Source: a virus. From it: DNA of 64,000 nt. How positions within the stretch are numbered: position 1 is the first letter of the stretch; each line of letters opens with the position of its first letter. Positions 1-9,171 of this stretch are shown here, piece by piece. The notes below the pieces were generated by a model that did not search any database, was not told the DNA's origin, and worked only from the letters and a program-made list of their open reading frames with translations. Both the position numbers and the translations under genes were made by a program. The stretch lies in the IMG/VR virus record IMGVR_UViG_3300042558_005069, positions 40,100-104,099 of that record. The stretch is one strand, 5' to 3'.

Positions 1-3000
1 CTATTCTGTCGATATCGTTTGCCCCAGAGGAGAGCCGCATGCGTTGTTCTCTAAATGAATTGCGTTGTCTAGTTGAAACCCCAGACCTCTTTGAAGGTCT
101 TCTTAGAACTATCCTATCCCGTGGGCCAAGATAAACCCCACCCACTGTTCTGCCGGTAATTTCATCTATTCTTCTATCCGATCCGCTTGCAAAATTTCTT
201 CTTTCCGCGCTGCCTTCTTCGTATTCGTCATGGGTTATAAAGCGGTCGGATGTATTTGCAATTCTTGCTCGATGATTGTCCGACAATACTGCCCAACTAA
301 TAGGGTCGACAATTAAATTCCTCAATTTGTCTTCGTCGTCTGTGACTTTCTCTATGTCATGGGAGTTTGAGTTGAAATGTCCCCTGGCAGTGACCATTAA
401 TTCAGTTGCGATTTGTCCGACCTTGAGGTCCTGATGATCATTCGAGCTCGATCCTCCGGTCTCTCCACCATCAAACGAGTTAGTACCGAAAGATAAAAGC
501 AACTGTCTCAACTCTTCATCTACATTTTCAGATGACTCGTTATTTTCAAGTATTGTTGCTCCACGTAATACGAGTGGTTTTTCTGGTTCTGGGACAAACC
601 ATGAATCAATAACGAACAAGTTTTCAAGAGCTCCTGGATTATCCTCTATAACACTTCTTAAAGGAGTTACGATAATATTGGATTTAGATTTTCTTTCCCT
701 GAATGAATGTCCCCTGGCTAGGTGATTCAACGTAAAGTGAATGGTTTGTCTGTGATGCTTATATACACCACCATCTTCCGTTGGGATATAACCATAGTCT
801 CCGGCTGGTCTAAGAAGTACGTTTCCAGCTTCATCTTTTACTATGTCGTATGTTGTTTCATGAACGACATAAAGATCATCTATTGAAAGATTTCCTATAC
901 CTTTTTCATCTGCGGTAGCTTGAAAATACTTTATTTGCGCTGGAGAAAGACGTCCTTCTGTTTGTATTCTTCTTTGTTCTTCTATTAGAAGCTCGCCCTT
1001 TTTCGCAAGATCTTCAAACTCCAACATCGAATCTGCGTCTCCACGCATTCCAGCATAAAGTAAAGCGTCTACATATGTTGATGCTTGGTCCCCGGAACTT
1101 TCGTAACGAGCAGCTCTTGCCGCTATCCAACGGATGGCCGTGTCGCGCCCCTCTGCCGAAGTTGGCGAAAGGCCACTTATGACGTACGGGTTTAATGGAA
1201 TAATCTTTATTTCTTTATCAGTAATTTGGCTCTTTATTTTTTCAGGAATATGACCAAAATAAATTTTATCGTTCCCTATGGCGTGAACTTCTCCACGCAT
1301 GCGGACATCTTTACCATTTCTGTCCTGATAAACATTAGACAATAACGTTTTTTGAGTCTGTTTATTAAAAGCTCCAGCTGGGTATACTTGAGCTGGGCCT
1401 CCTGAAGAAAATCTTAAATCTTCGTTTTTGAGTATCTCTCTTCTGTTTGGTCCAAGCATCTCCATTGCAAGAGAGGAAGCTGGCCCGGATCGATCACGAC
1501 CCTTTGGATTATTAACAAGCCTAAGTTTTGAAGAGGAGCTTTGATTTGTATTCTGTGGAATCCGACGTTGACGTTCAGCACCAGATGACAAACGCATATC
1601 TATGACTTTTCTAATTTGACTTCTAGCTACGTCGATGCGGTCTCTGGCTGCGCTTCTTAAATTTGTACCAATAGAAGTTCTTTTGATTAACCTATCTCTC
1701 TCTTCTATTTCTTTCCACGGCGTCTCTCCGTCCCGCAATCCAAGAAATGCACGAGCATCATCTCGTAGTTTTTTTGTAATCCATCTTTCTTGAGCGGTTG
1801 GGTCTGGATGGAGAACCGCTACTGCTCCTTCTGCCAATGCCTCTATCAGGTTTGTGTTCCCGTAACTGTGCGCCGTGCTTGCAAAAGGAAGATTTAACCA
1901 TTGCTCGTCAAATCCTGCTCCGTTCGGGTCTTTGGCTAGCGTGCTCTTTTGAATACTCTGTTGATCTATTAATGGTTCGAAACTATAATATTCTTCCGCG
2001 ACACGTAGACCTCGGTAGCGTGCCGCTCTTCCCTCAGCGGTGCCGTAGTCTCGAATGTACTGACGACCCGTCGCTTTTAGGTCTCTGTAAGGAAGTGCGG
2101 CTGGGTTAGTAGCAAAAACCCCTCCCAGCTCAGCCTCAATCATTGCCCGCATATGTATGTAATGAACGAGTTCGTGTTTAAAAACAGCAGATATAGATCG
2201 ATCCATCACTGTTGTGCTGCCAATACTGAATTCCGAGGTAAGATCTATTTCTCCCTGAGATGTTCTTCCGGTTTCAATTGCTTCCCACGCAGCAACAATG
2301 TTCAGAGTTGGGACAAGTTGATCCAGCCAGGCTGCAGAAAGCGAATCATCTGTCTGAATGTTTTTTACTATAGGGGGAGACCCGAATGTCTCCATTAGCC
2401 ATTTAAGCTCAGGACTCGCATCGAGTGAAGCTTCAACAGCTTTTCTCAAAAGATTTACATTTTGCGGAGAAAAATCAATTTCTGTCTTGCGCGATTTTAG
2501 CAATTCAATTATTAGTTTTCTCATTAATGTTCGTATTTCTTCTGGTGAAGCCCAATTGCTCGGAGGAATTGGAAACAAATCAAAAATAATTTCCATGTAT
2601 TCATCTTCACTAGAAGGCACCATTAAGTTTGCAATCTGACTTGATGATAGCCCCTGCAAGAAACCAGGAGTTGATATTCTTAGTTCAACACCCATCTCCG
2701 TTATCTGCCCATATCTATAATCCATAGATTGATGCCTCTTGAGCTGCTCTAACTCATCGCGACGCAGTGGCTTAAGGAGAGGATCAATCTTTATTATTGG
2801 CCTGTCTCTATCTGGTTTTGCAGGAGGTATTCCGACATCCAGTATTGGTCGGTCATCGTCCCCCGAGGAAAACCTTGCAGTTTCACTTTCAAAATTTATA
2901 AATCTTCTCTTAGCTGCGTCAAATTCTTCACGTGCAGTTTGAAAATTCTTTGTTCTCTCGTCTAGGAAATCTTCTCTTTGGGCCCTGTCTAGAATTCTGT

Positions 3001-6000
3001 TATCCCAACCGCGACTTTCTGCCTGATTAATCATCGCGTGCATGACCATTCCGGCAGCAGTTGCATCCTGTTCCGCTGAATGATGCCTATCGAGGCGCAC
3101 TTCAAGATATTCGGCTAGAGCGCTTAGTGTAGTAGATGCGACTCTTGTGTCTCCGCGGATGACTGATGGACCATCTTTGTTTTCTTCAGAATATTTTGGA
3201 AGAACCATTTGAGCCATATCAAGAGAATCAATGTATCCAGATGGACGCCACATAATCCCGGCCTCCGCGAGAGCATCCTCAAGGACGTTTTTGTCAAATA
3301 TTGCGTTTTGTACGCCCATTATTGCGCCCGGGCCAGCGAACTCAGCGACCATGCGATGAGCGTCCTGAATACTCATCTGCTGTGCAAGCCACTCATCGGT
3401 AAGCGGCTCTCCGTCTGTTCTGTAAAGATTCAACCTTGACCACTCTCTCAATGGTTCGGTCGGATTCATAAACAAATTTAATTTGTCTATAACTTTTCCA
3501 CCTCTCATCTTCACAAGAGCTATTTCTACTGGCTTACCATTGCTCGCACGTTCCCTGAAGCGGTCAAAGTCAATACCTGTAGTTTCGTAATCAATAAAAA
3601 TTATGTCTCTATTGTTAAATATTTCTCTTAGCTCGCGCCAAGTTTTTGCTTCACCAAATATGAAGTCAGCCTCACCTATAAACGGTCCGTAACTTGGTTC
3701 GCGGGGAAATGACGGCATTTTTACTTCACCACTGCTAAGGCGTCGGGGGTTATCGTCTGGATCATAACCAAATTCGAGAAGAGAATTTCCTTCAGTGAAA
3801 AGGTGCTTTGCTTTTACTCGCTGACTTACTATTCTGTATTTTCCTTTTCCTCCCAGATTGGAGTCTCCGTGAAGTTTTGCGTATGACCGCAATGGGCTAA
3901 CCCAGTCGCCAGCGTTTATTTTTAGATTTTTGTCAATGTGCTTTGCATTCCTAAGCATTTCTATTTCTCGACTAATTTCGTCATAGTATTCGTTTATGTC
4001 TGATATATCTGCAGAAACATACTTTGGAACTCGGCCATATTGTAAAATATGTGATTTCTGTGTTTCTAGTTCTTTTATTCTCTCATTGGGGAGTAAAGGA
4101 ACAGCACGATAGACCGTAACTAGCGCTTCAGGCTTGCCCTTGATTTGCTTTATAATTCTAAGTGCTTCTGGAGCCAACGGGTCGGTACTGGCGTAGAGGG
4201 CAGCACCGTTTGGCCCATAGACTTCTTCTGGATACATTCCGTCAGCAATATTGTGCATCGGAGCGCCACTGTTCCTATCGGGAGCCTGGTGGAAACCTCT
4301 GTAGTCTTCGTCCTTACTAAATGGAACATCGGAAGTACCGCTTGAAAATCTGTCAGACCCAAGTTTGCTATCGAAACGCCTATCAGTCACATTAATTAAC
4401 GCCGAGCGACGAGGCCCCTTTACGGGACCAGTCCCTCCAGTTGCGGCCTTCCACCATTTGTCGCCATCGTCTGTTGTCGCTCCCGCTGAAATCTCATAAG
4501 TTGGCATACTGATGCGTAATGCGTCAAGGAGGGCCGACCCAATCCCCATCCTTTTAAAATCTTCGCCTACTTCTATCATCGCCACAACAGCAGTACTGTC
4601 GATACTTTCGGAATTGTAATCAATGTATCCTGCTAGCTTCCCACTTTCATCGAAAGCAGCTAAGTATCCGTTGTACTGATCACGACCGGGGGAGTCACCG
4701 CCATGAGACAAAGTAAACCTTTTGCCCCCAACATTGAATCCGACCGGGTCATCAAACGGTTTATCTTTTCCTAGCCGCTCAATTTCTATCGTTACTTTCT
4801 GGCCTGAGGAAAATTTATTATCGTGATCCTTAACTGCTGATGAAAGAAATTTTATTGGGCTTATTTCCCCCGATGCTAGCGGAAGTTTGTTTTTAGTTGC
4901 AGCGTTCCGTGAGTTCATTTCGCTTGTAGACCATTCGTCGACTACTGACGCAGGGAGCCGATCAAGCAATAGCTTTAAGCGGAGATCTTGATTTTTTTGA
5001 TATCGCTCCTTATCTATTACTCTGCGATAGCCAACTTCTATGCCATTTCCGTTATTCAATTCCGAAAAGAAAGTAGATAAAGATTCTTTATTTGCTTTTG
5101 ACAGCATCTCTTCAGGATTCTTAAAGGATGAATAAGTCATTCCGTTTTCAGTGTAGTAACCGCTTAGGAGTTGTTCTCTTTCTGTTTTTGTAAAATATTT
5201 TTTTGTTGCGGTGTCGTTGTTTTCTGCCAAAAGCTGCCTATGCAGCGCCCCGACCATTTTTGATCTAGAGGCGGCCCCATTCCACTCAAAACCGTTCATG
5301 CCCCAATAGGTTGCTCCGTTTGAGGAATAGGCATCTCCAAATGGAGAGTCCTTCACTATGTCGGATCTGCCGGTGAGACTTATTGAATCAACTTCTAGAG
5401 CTTTCCATATATTTTCAGAGTAAGCCATGAAAGAAGTGCTAATCCCTGAATTCCTAAGCTCAGGCTTTACGAAAATTTGGTTTAAATCAACCGAGAGACC
5501 GGTATTTGTAATTGATAATTTAAAGCTAGCCGTACCAACGTCTGACAATTCTTGAACATTTGTTCCAGCTACATTTTCTTGAGGAAAACTTAATTTTACA
5601 TCAACATAAACGGGCAAAGATTCTCCCGATGCAACAACGCTCGCTCCGTAGTCCACGCTGCTTACTTGAGATGATAAAGGCAATTCTTCTTGTGCGAATA
5701 TGTTTGATCGAGAAACATCGATCAACAATTCTGATCCAAGATTGAACCTCTCTCCACTAGAGCTTTCTACTACAACATTATTTCTTAGAGGAATAGAAAT
5801 ATTGTTAAATAATTTATTCAGTGATTGCAAAAAGTTGTCTTTTAGGCTGTCGTCATCGGCAAATTCTAAGTATGAAAATCTTTCTGGCTGCTCAATATTC
5901 TTGTTTTCTGGAGTAAATAATTTTCCAGAACGCCATTGAATCGATGGTAAAACAAAGTTGACAATCATGTCTCTTGTGTCGAAAGCGTTGGTAAGTTTTT

Positions 6001-8188
6001 CACCATCTAGTTTTTGTCTTTCGACTTCTGTTTCATAATTGGCACCAGAAGAAAAGGTGTCCGAGCCACCATCGACGGAGCTAATTTCTCTATCTTCAAA
6101 GTCTATTGAAGTATTTTTATCTAAATTATAAAACTCGTGAAGGTTAGAAATTGTATTTAGCAAACCATTTAATGGTCGATTAGCAGGGGTTGCCTCTGCG
6201 AATGCTCTACCGTCATCGCTAAGTGCGTTGCTGTGTTGAAGGTTGAATTCTGGAAAAGCTTCTCTTTGCGTGTAGAACATCTCTGCCGCAATACCGCGCC
6301 TGCGGTGACCGCGTCTTGTCTGGATTTCCAAAACTTCTAGCTGGCCATCATTTGGAGCCCAAACTGACATCCTTGCTATGACTGGTGCGGTTCCTTTTCC
6401 CGTAAGGCTCCGAAGTACGTCCTGGTCATCGACATCATTTGGACCAATTGGTGATTTCTTTTTATTAAAAGGGTTTTCGCCTTGTTCGTCAAATATTTTT
6501 GCAAGAGAATTGCGTTCTTTTTCAATGTCTGACTCCAAATAGGATACGACATCTCCATTTTGCGTGACGATTATTCTATATTCAGTATCTTTATTTTTAA
6601 CTTTTTTTGAAGCGAATATATCTCCATAGTCGTGAAGATTCAGTGGTGACAGTTGCTCCATACCGCTGGAAAACGCACCAACAAGCTCTCTGTCGTTACT
6701 TAATCTGCGCTCGTACCCAATTGTTACGTTTTTCTCCTGAAACAAACTAGTTGCCTGTTCAAAAGCAAGAAGTTCTTCCGCGCTTGAATCTGTTTCAAAC
6801 ACAGAATTACCATCTACTCTTCTTTCTTCTATTAGGAGAGATATCCGTTTTCTCTCTTCTTCGCTAAACCAATTTTGCGTTTGGTCGTCAAGTCCATCTT
6901 TAATTACGCGAAGAAAATCTTGTTTTGCTTTTTCTCCAGACCACGTAAATCCATTTTTTGGCCAGTGCGTTGCCCCAATTCGATTTCCCTCTTTGTCGGA
7001 CAACCCGCCCGTATATATTCTTTTTGCGTCAATCGCATTATATATTTTTTCATTACTTGCATTAAATAAGCTACCTATGCCAAGACCCTGTGATGGCTCG
7101 TTTAGAAAGAAAGTATCGTGGATAACTGTTATTCCAGAGTCTTTTTCTCTAGTATTAAACATTATTGTCCTGGAAGATGAACCAAACTGGATTCGGTCAA
7201 GTTCCGGAGTTCCTTCTGGGAGTGCATAAGCGTTTTCGAGCATTTCTTCTGGCACTCCGGCTTTCGCCAACCGATCCATTGCTTCCTCTGACGGAGCCAA
7301 CCTCATGCGAAGCTTTATATTCATAAATGTTTGTTTTTCGGAATCTTCATCAAAAATTGTTGTATATAGCTGTTCTTCTGCCTGTTCATTAATATCATTT
7401 AAATTTATGTCCGCTAGCTCAATATCCCAGCCCTTATATTTATTACCTGGCCGGACAGAAATGCGAACCGTTTTTCCTAAATTTATTTTTTCACCGTTTT
7501 TGGCGGTAACTACAATGTCTTTTTCCAGTTCTATTTCGCTATTAAAAATTTCCGCGAGCAAATCATGTATTCTTTTTTTTGCTTCCAACCGCTCCGGTGA
7601 GTCGGCCAGTTCTTTCGTGTCTTCGTCAAAAATGTCTTTGATTGTCGTGAATTCATCTTGCTCAACAAGCAAATCACTTCTTAGTAGTTCTTTTAGTTCT
7701 TCTATTTTCTGTAATTTTTCTTGCGTTAATTCGGGCCGGGAATCAACAAGCTCTTGATATGTTGCTCCAGAAGAAAAAGTGGTTGACCTATCTGGAGATT
7801 CCTCACCGCCAAAAAGCTGACTTCCTGACGATGGTCTGGTTTTTTTGGGGGAAAGTTCCGAATCCCTAGTGCTCTGTTTTGGTTTTTTACCCTCGGATGC
7901 AGTGCCAACATATATTGGCTTTGTTGTTCCTTCGTCAGCCCAGCCGTCACCGTCTGGGTCTCTTCTTGAGCCAGTCGGCTTTCTTGTGCCGGGCTTACCT
8001 CCGGTGGGTAGGTCTATGTCTCCCTGGCTGCGCCCGCCGCGACGACGGCCAAGGCTAGGAATCCCGGAAAGCCTGTTTGAAGCATAGGAAGCAAGACGTC
8101 GACCAAGAGCTTTTTCCTCAAGGTCTGGTTCGCGGCCTTTGCGTGATTCATCAAAGGGGATGAGAAATTCATTTTCTTCACTTGACAT
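1..8188 (-). CDS. Giant polyvalent effector polyprotein A (>=2729 aa, 3' end outside window)
   Basis: ATG at 8188 (MSSEENEFLIPFDESRKGREPDLEEKALGRR...). I hand-translated most of the frame, including both ends, and found no stop. The supplied track has no complete ORF in this frame, as expected for a frame open to the edge. Contains 12 [FL][SA]SG motifs separating enzyme modules. Confidence 0.93.
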   Translation of the reverse strand, partial: MSSEENEFLIPFDESRKGREPDLEEKALGRRLASYASNRLSGIPSLGRRRGGRSQGDIDLPTGGKPGTRKPTGSRRDPDGDGWADEGTTKPIYVGTASEGKKPKQSTRDSELSPKKTRPSSGSQLFGGEESPDRSTTFSSGATYQELVDSRPELTQEKLQKIEELKELLRSDLLVEQDEFTTIKDIFDEDTKELADSPERLEAKKRIHDLLAEIFNSEIELEKDIVVTAKNGEKINLGKTVRISVRPGNKYKGWDIELADINLNDINEQAEEQLYTTIFDEDSEKQTFMNIKLRMRLAPSEEAMDRLAKAGVPEEMLENAYALPEGTPELDRIQFGSSSRTIMFNTREKDSGITVIHDTFFLNEPSQGLGIGSLFNASNEKIYNAIDAKRIYTGGLSDKEGNRIGATHWPKNGFTWSGEKAKQDFLRVIKDGLDDQTQNWFSEEERKRISLLIEERRVDGNSVFETDSSAEELLAFEQATSLFQEKNVTIGYERRLSNDRELVGAFSSGMEQLSPLNLHDYGDIFASKKVKNKDTEYRIIVTQNGDVVSYLESDIEKERNSLAKIFDEQGENPFNKKKSPIGPNDVDDQDVLRSLTGKGTAPVIARMSVWAPNDGQLEVLEIQTRRGHRRRGIAAEMFYTQREAFPEFNLQHSNALSDDGRAFAEATPANRPLNGLLNTISNLHEFYNLDKNTSIDFEDREISSVDGGSDTFSSGANYETEVERQKLDGEKLTNAFDTRDMIVNFVLPSIQWRSGKLFTPENKNIEQPERFSYLEFADDDSLKDNFLQSLNKLFNNISIPLRNNVVVESSSGERFNLGSELLIDVSRSNIFAQEELPLSSQVSSVDYGASVVASGESLPVYVDVKLSFPQENVAGTNVQELSDVGTASFKLSITNTGLSVDLNQIFVKPELRNSGISTSFMAYSENIWKALEVDSISLTGRSDIVKDSPFGDAYSSNGATYWGMNGFEWNGAASRSKMVGALHRQLLAENNDTATKKYFTKTEREQLLSGYYTENGMTYSSFKNPEEMLSKANKESLSTFFSELNNGNGIEVGYRRVIDKERYQKNQDLRLKLLLDRLPASVVDEWSTSEMNSRNAATKNKLPLASGEISPIKFLSSAVKDHDNKFSSGQKVTIEIERLGKDKPFDDPVGFNVGGKRFTLSHGGDSPGRDQYNGYLAAFDESGKLAGYIDYNSESIDSTAVVAMIEVGEDFKRMGIGSALLDALRISMPTYEISAGATTDDGDKWWKAATGGTGPVKGPRRSALINVTDRRFDSKLGSDRFSSGTSDVPFSKDEDYRGFHQAPDRNSGAPMHNIADGMYPEEVYGPNGAALYASTDPLAPEALRIIKQIKGKPEALVTVYRAVPLLPNERIKELETQKSHILQYGRVPKYVSADISDINEYYDEISREIEMLRNAKHIDKNLKINAGDWVSPLRSYAKLHGDSNLGGKGKYRIVSQRVKAKHLFTEGNSLLEFGYDPDDNPRRLSSGEVKMPSFPREPSYGPFIGEADFIFGEAKTWRELREIFNNRDIIFIDYETTGIDFDRFRERASNGKPVEIALVKMRGGKVIDKLNLFMNPTEPLREWSRLNLYRTDGEPLTDEWLAQQMSIQDAHRMVAEFAGPGAIMGVQNAIFDKNVLEDALAEAGIMWRPSGYIDSLDMAQMVLPKYSEENKDGPSVIRGDTRVASTTLSALAEYLEVRLDRHHSAEQDATAAGMVMHAMINQAESRGWDNRILDRAQREDFLDERTKNFQTAREEFDAAKRRFINFESETARFSSGDDDRPILDVGIPPAKPDRDRPIIKIDPLLKPLRRDELEQLKRHQSMDYRYGQITEMGVELRISTPGFLQGLSSSQIANLMVPSSEDEYMEIIFDLFPIPPSNWASPEEIRTLMRKLIIELLKSRKTEIDFSPQNVNLLRKAVEASLDASPELKWLMETFGSPPIVKNIQTDDSLSAAWLDQLVPTLNIVAAWEAIETGRTSQGEIDLTSEFSIGSTTVMDRSISAVFKHELVHYIHMRAMIEAELGGVFATNPAALPYRDLKATGRQYIRDYGTAEGRAARYRGLRVAEEYYSFEPLIDQQSIQKSTLAKDPNGAGFDEQWLNLPFASTAHSYGNTNLIEALAEGAVAVLHPDPTAQERWITKKLRDDARAFLGLRDGETPWKEIEERDRLIKRTSIGTNLRSAARDRIDVARSQIRKVIDMRLSSGAERQRRIPQNTNQSSSSKLRLVNNPKGRDRSGPASSLAMEMLGPNRREILKNEDLRFSSGGPAQVYPAGAFNKQTQKTLLSNVYQDRNGKDVRMRGEVHAIGNDKIYFGHIPEKIKSQITDKEIKIIPLNPYVISGLSPTSAEGRDTAIRWIAARAARYESSGDQASTYVDALLYAGMRGDADSMLEFEDLAKKGELLIEEQRRIQTEGRLSPAQIKYFQATADEKGIGNLSIDDLYVVHETTYDIVKDEAGNVLLRPAGDYGYIPTEDGGVYKHHRQTIHFTLNHLARGHSFRERKSKSNIIVTPLRSVIEDNPGALENLFVIDSWFVPEPEKPLVLRGATILENNESSENVDEELRQLLLSFGTNSFDGGETGGSSSNDHQDLKVGQIATELMVTARGHFNSNSHDIEKVTDDEDKLRNLIVDPISWAVLSDNHRARIANTSDRFITHDEYEEGSAERRNFASGSDRRIDEITGRTVGGVYLGPRDRIVLRRPSKRSGVSTRQRNSFREQRMRLSSGANDIDRI
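194..1399 (-). other. Polyprotein A module 8: unknown enzyme, possibly an H-H-type ART fold
   Basis: LYVVHETT...RQTIHFTLNHLARGH...NIIVTPL...IDSWF; two strand-associated histidines; fold assignment is speculative. Confidence 0.35.
1592..2860 (-). other. Polyprotein A module 7: zincin metallopeptidase (MPTase-like)
   Basis: HELVH at 2162-2176 plus downstream SYGNTNLIEALAEG third-ligand motif. Confidence 0.8.
2873..3727 (-). other. Polyprotein A module 6: DEDDh 3'-5' exonuclease (DnaQ/epsilon-like)
   Basis: ExoI IFIDYETTG (3575-3592), ExoII QNAIFD, YIDSL, ExoIII HHSAEQDA all intact. Confidence 0.9.
3740..4336 (-). other. Polyprotein A module 5: putative ADP-ribosyltransferase-like domain (R-S-E pattern)
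   Basis: DYRGFHQAP...VTVYRAVP...INAGDWVS..RSYAKLHG...LFTEGNSLLEFGYDP; R, S and E positions fit an ART fold (inference). Confidence 0.5.
4349..4801 (-). other. Polyprotein A module 4: GNAT acetyltransferase domain (short type)
   Basis: GKLAGYIDY...VAMIEVGEDFKRMGIGSALL...TTDDGDKWW; bounded by KFSSG (4802-4813) and RFSSG (4337-4348). Confidence 0.8.
4880..6043 (-). other. Polyprotein A module 3: GNAT-like domain, paralog of module 1
   Basis: QIFVKPELRNSGISTSF and GATYWGMNGFEW mirror module 1; the N-terminal part also matches (LFNNISIPLRNNVVVESSSGERFNLG vs IFNSEIELEKDIVVTAKNGEKINLG). Confidence 0.7.
6056..6661 (-). other. Polyprotein A module 2: GNAT acetyltransferase-like domain (short type)
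   Basis: EVLEIQTRRGHRRRGIAAEMF (R-x-x-G-x-A motif A), then HSNALSDDGRAF; bounded by FSSG motifs. Confidence 0.75.
6674..7765 (-). other. Polyprotein A module 1: GNAT acetyltransferase-like domain (long type)
   Basis: Acetyl-CoA motif A-like HDTFFLNEPSQGLGIGSLF, then GATHWPKNGFTW; bounded by FSSG at 7766-7777 and 6662-6673. Confidence 0.7.
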
Positions 8189-8231
8189 TTAGAGCAATAA
8201 TACCATTTGTTGATGGCTTAAAATGCGGAAA

Positions 8232-8546
8232 CTAAAGCCTTTGGCCACACTTTGTGCATATTTTTGCCCAAGGGTAAAAACGCGTCATATTCATAGGGTG
8301 ATCACATTCTAAAATACGCTTAGCCTCTACGTTTAGCGCATTTCTTATCCACGCTGACAGCGATATCTGCTCATGTGTTGACGCTTCTTTCCATCTATTG
8401 CGTTCAGCATCCGTTGTTCGTATTAGGACCTGCTTGTCGGAAGGATTGCCATTCTCGTTTGGGTTCCCTCGGGCAATCGTCGGTTCAAGGTTTTCAGCAA
8501 CCTTGTTCATGGCTGCAACTATGTTGTTTTCTTCGTCGCTACTCAT
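8232..8546 (-). CDS. Small ribbon-helix-helix-like DNA-binding protein with C-terminal Cys/His cluster
   Basis: KQVLIRTTDAERNRWKEA...SLSAWIRNAL; CDHP...CTKCG; start at 8546 overlaps the upstream stop. Confidence 0.55.
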   Translation of the reverse strand: MSSDEENNIVAAMNKVAENLEPTIARGNPNENGNPSDKQVLIRTTDAERNRWKEASTHEQISLSAWIRNALNVEAKRILECDHPMNMTRFYPWAKICTKCGQRL

Positions 8547-9171
8547 TCTCTTCCTCGGTCTCGTTGATATCTTCAACAATCTCAGCATCAATTATTTCCG
8601 ATTCGCTCTCTCCCATGAGGGCTTTTACAGTTCCTTCAGGCAAAACTCCTGCTATTGCCATTAGTTCTAGAAGTTTTCTTGCCTCTGATTCTGGATCAAA
8701 CCCGGTAGATGGCTTTATAACACCAGGCTGGCCAGCGATTGTCGCTCTAACTTGTTGATTATTATTGTCAACCTGAACATTTACATTTGTCTGCTCCATG
8801 CCCATTAGCTTACTTCTTCTGTCCATGATGGATAGGACTTGCTGAATGGCTTTCATGTCTGGTTCGACTTGAACTTCTGTCCCGTCATCCATGACCACTC
8901 GTCGATGCTGTGTCATCGGCCAAATTGCTTGTTGCAGGTTGTCAAGCCTTTCAAGCTCCAGCCTGAGAACCTCGGGGTAGGCAAGAATTGCCTCTCTGTT
9001 CATTTTTTGGAGCTGTCGCTCAATGGACCTAGAGACGCTAGGGGCAGACATACCAAATCTTCTTGCTATCTCGGTTACAGAAGTTCCAGCTTGTCGCATC
9101 TTGAATATGCGAAGATCACGTTCGCTTAGGAATTCTTTTGTAGTTATTGGCTTAGCTTTATCGTCACTCAT
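8539..9171 (-). CDS. HTH protein, probable terminase small subunit
   Basis: N-terminal HTH (RQAGTSVTEIARRFG), then LELERLDNLQQAIW...AIQQVLSIMDRRSKLMG, a pattern typical of actinophage small terminase-like proteins. Confidence 0.55.
   Translation of the reverse strand: MSDDKAKPITTKEFLSERDLRIFKMRQAGTSVTEIARRFGMSAPSVSRSIERQLQKMNREAILAYPEVLRLELERLDNLQQAIWPMTQHRRVVMDDGTEVQVEPDMKAIQQVLSIMDRRSKLMGMEQTNVNVQVDNNNQQVRATIAGQPGVIKPSTGFDPESEARKLLELMAIAGVLPEGTVKALMGESESEIIDAEIVEDINETEEENE

Noticed and set aside
1090-7830. Near-motifs ESSG (~1091), SSSG (~5753), PSSG (~7823) and VASG (~5624)
   Set aside because: They lack the F/L residue and mostly lie inside domains, so they were not counted. LGSG at 42189 was likewise left out of the strict count.
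1798-8087. The many short ORFs listed by the track in the first 8 kb
   Set aside because: They are antisense or off-frame shadows of the single long minus-strand ORF, which carries clear enzyme motifs.
1-8188. Alternative genetic code to explain the apparently ORF-poor ends of the window
   Set aside because: The standard code gives open frames at both ends; they were missed only because their stop codons lie outside the window.
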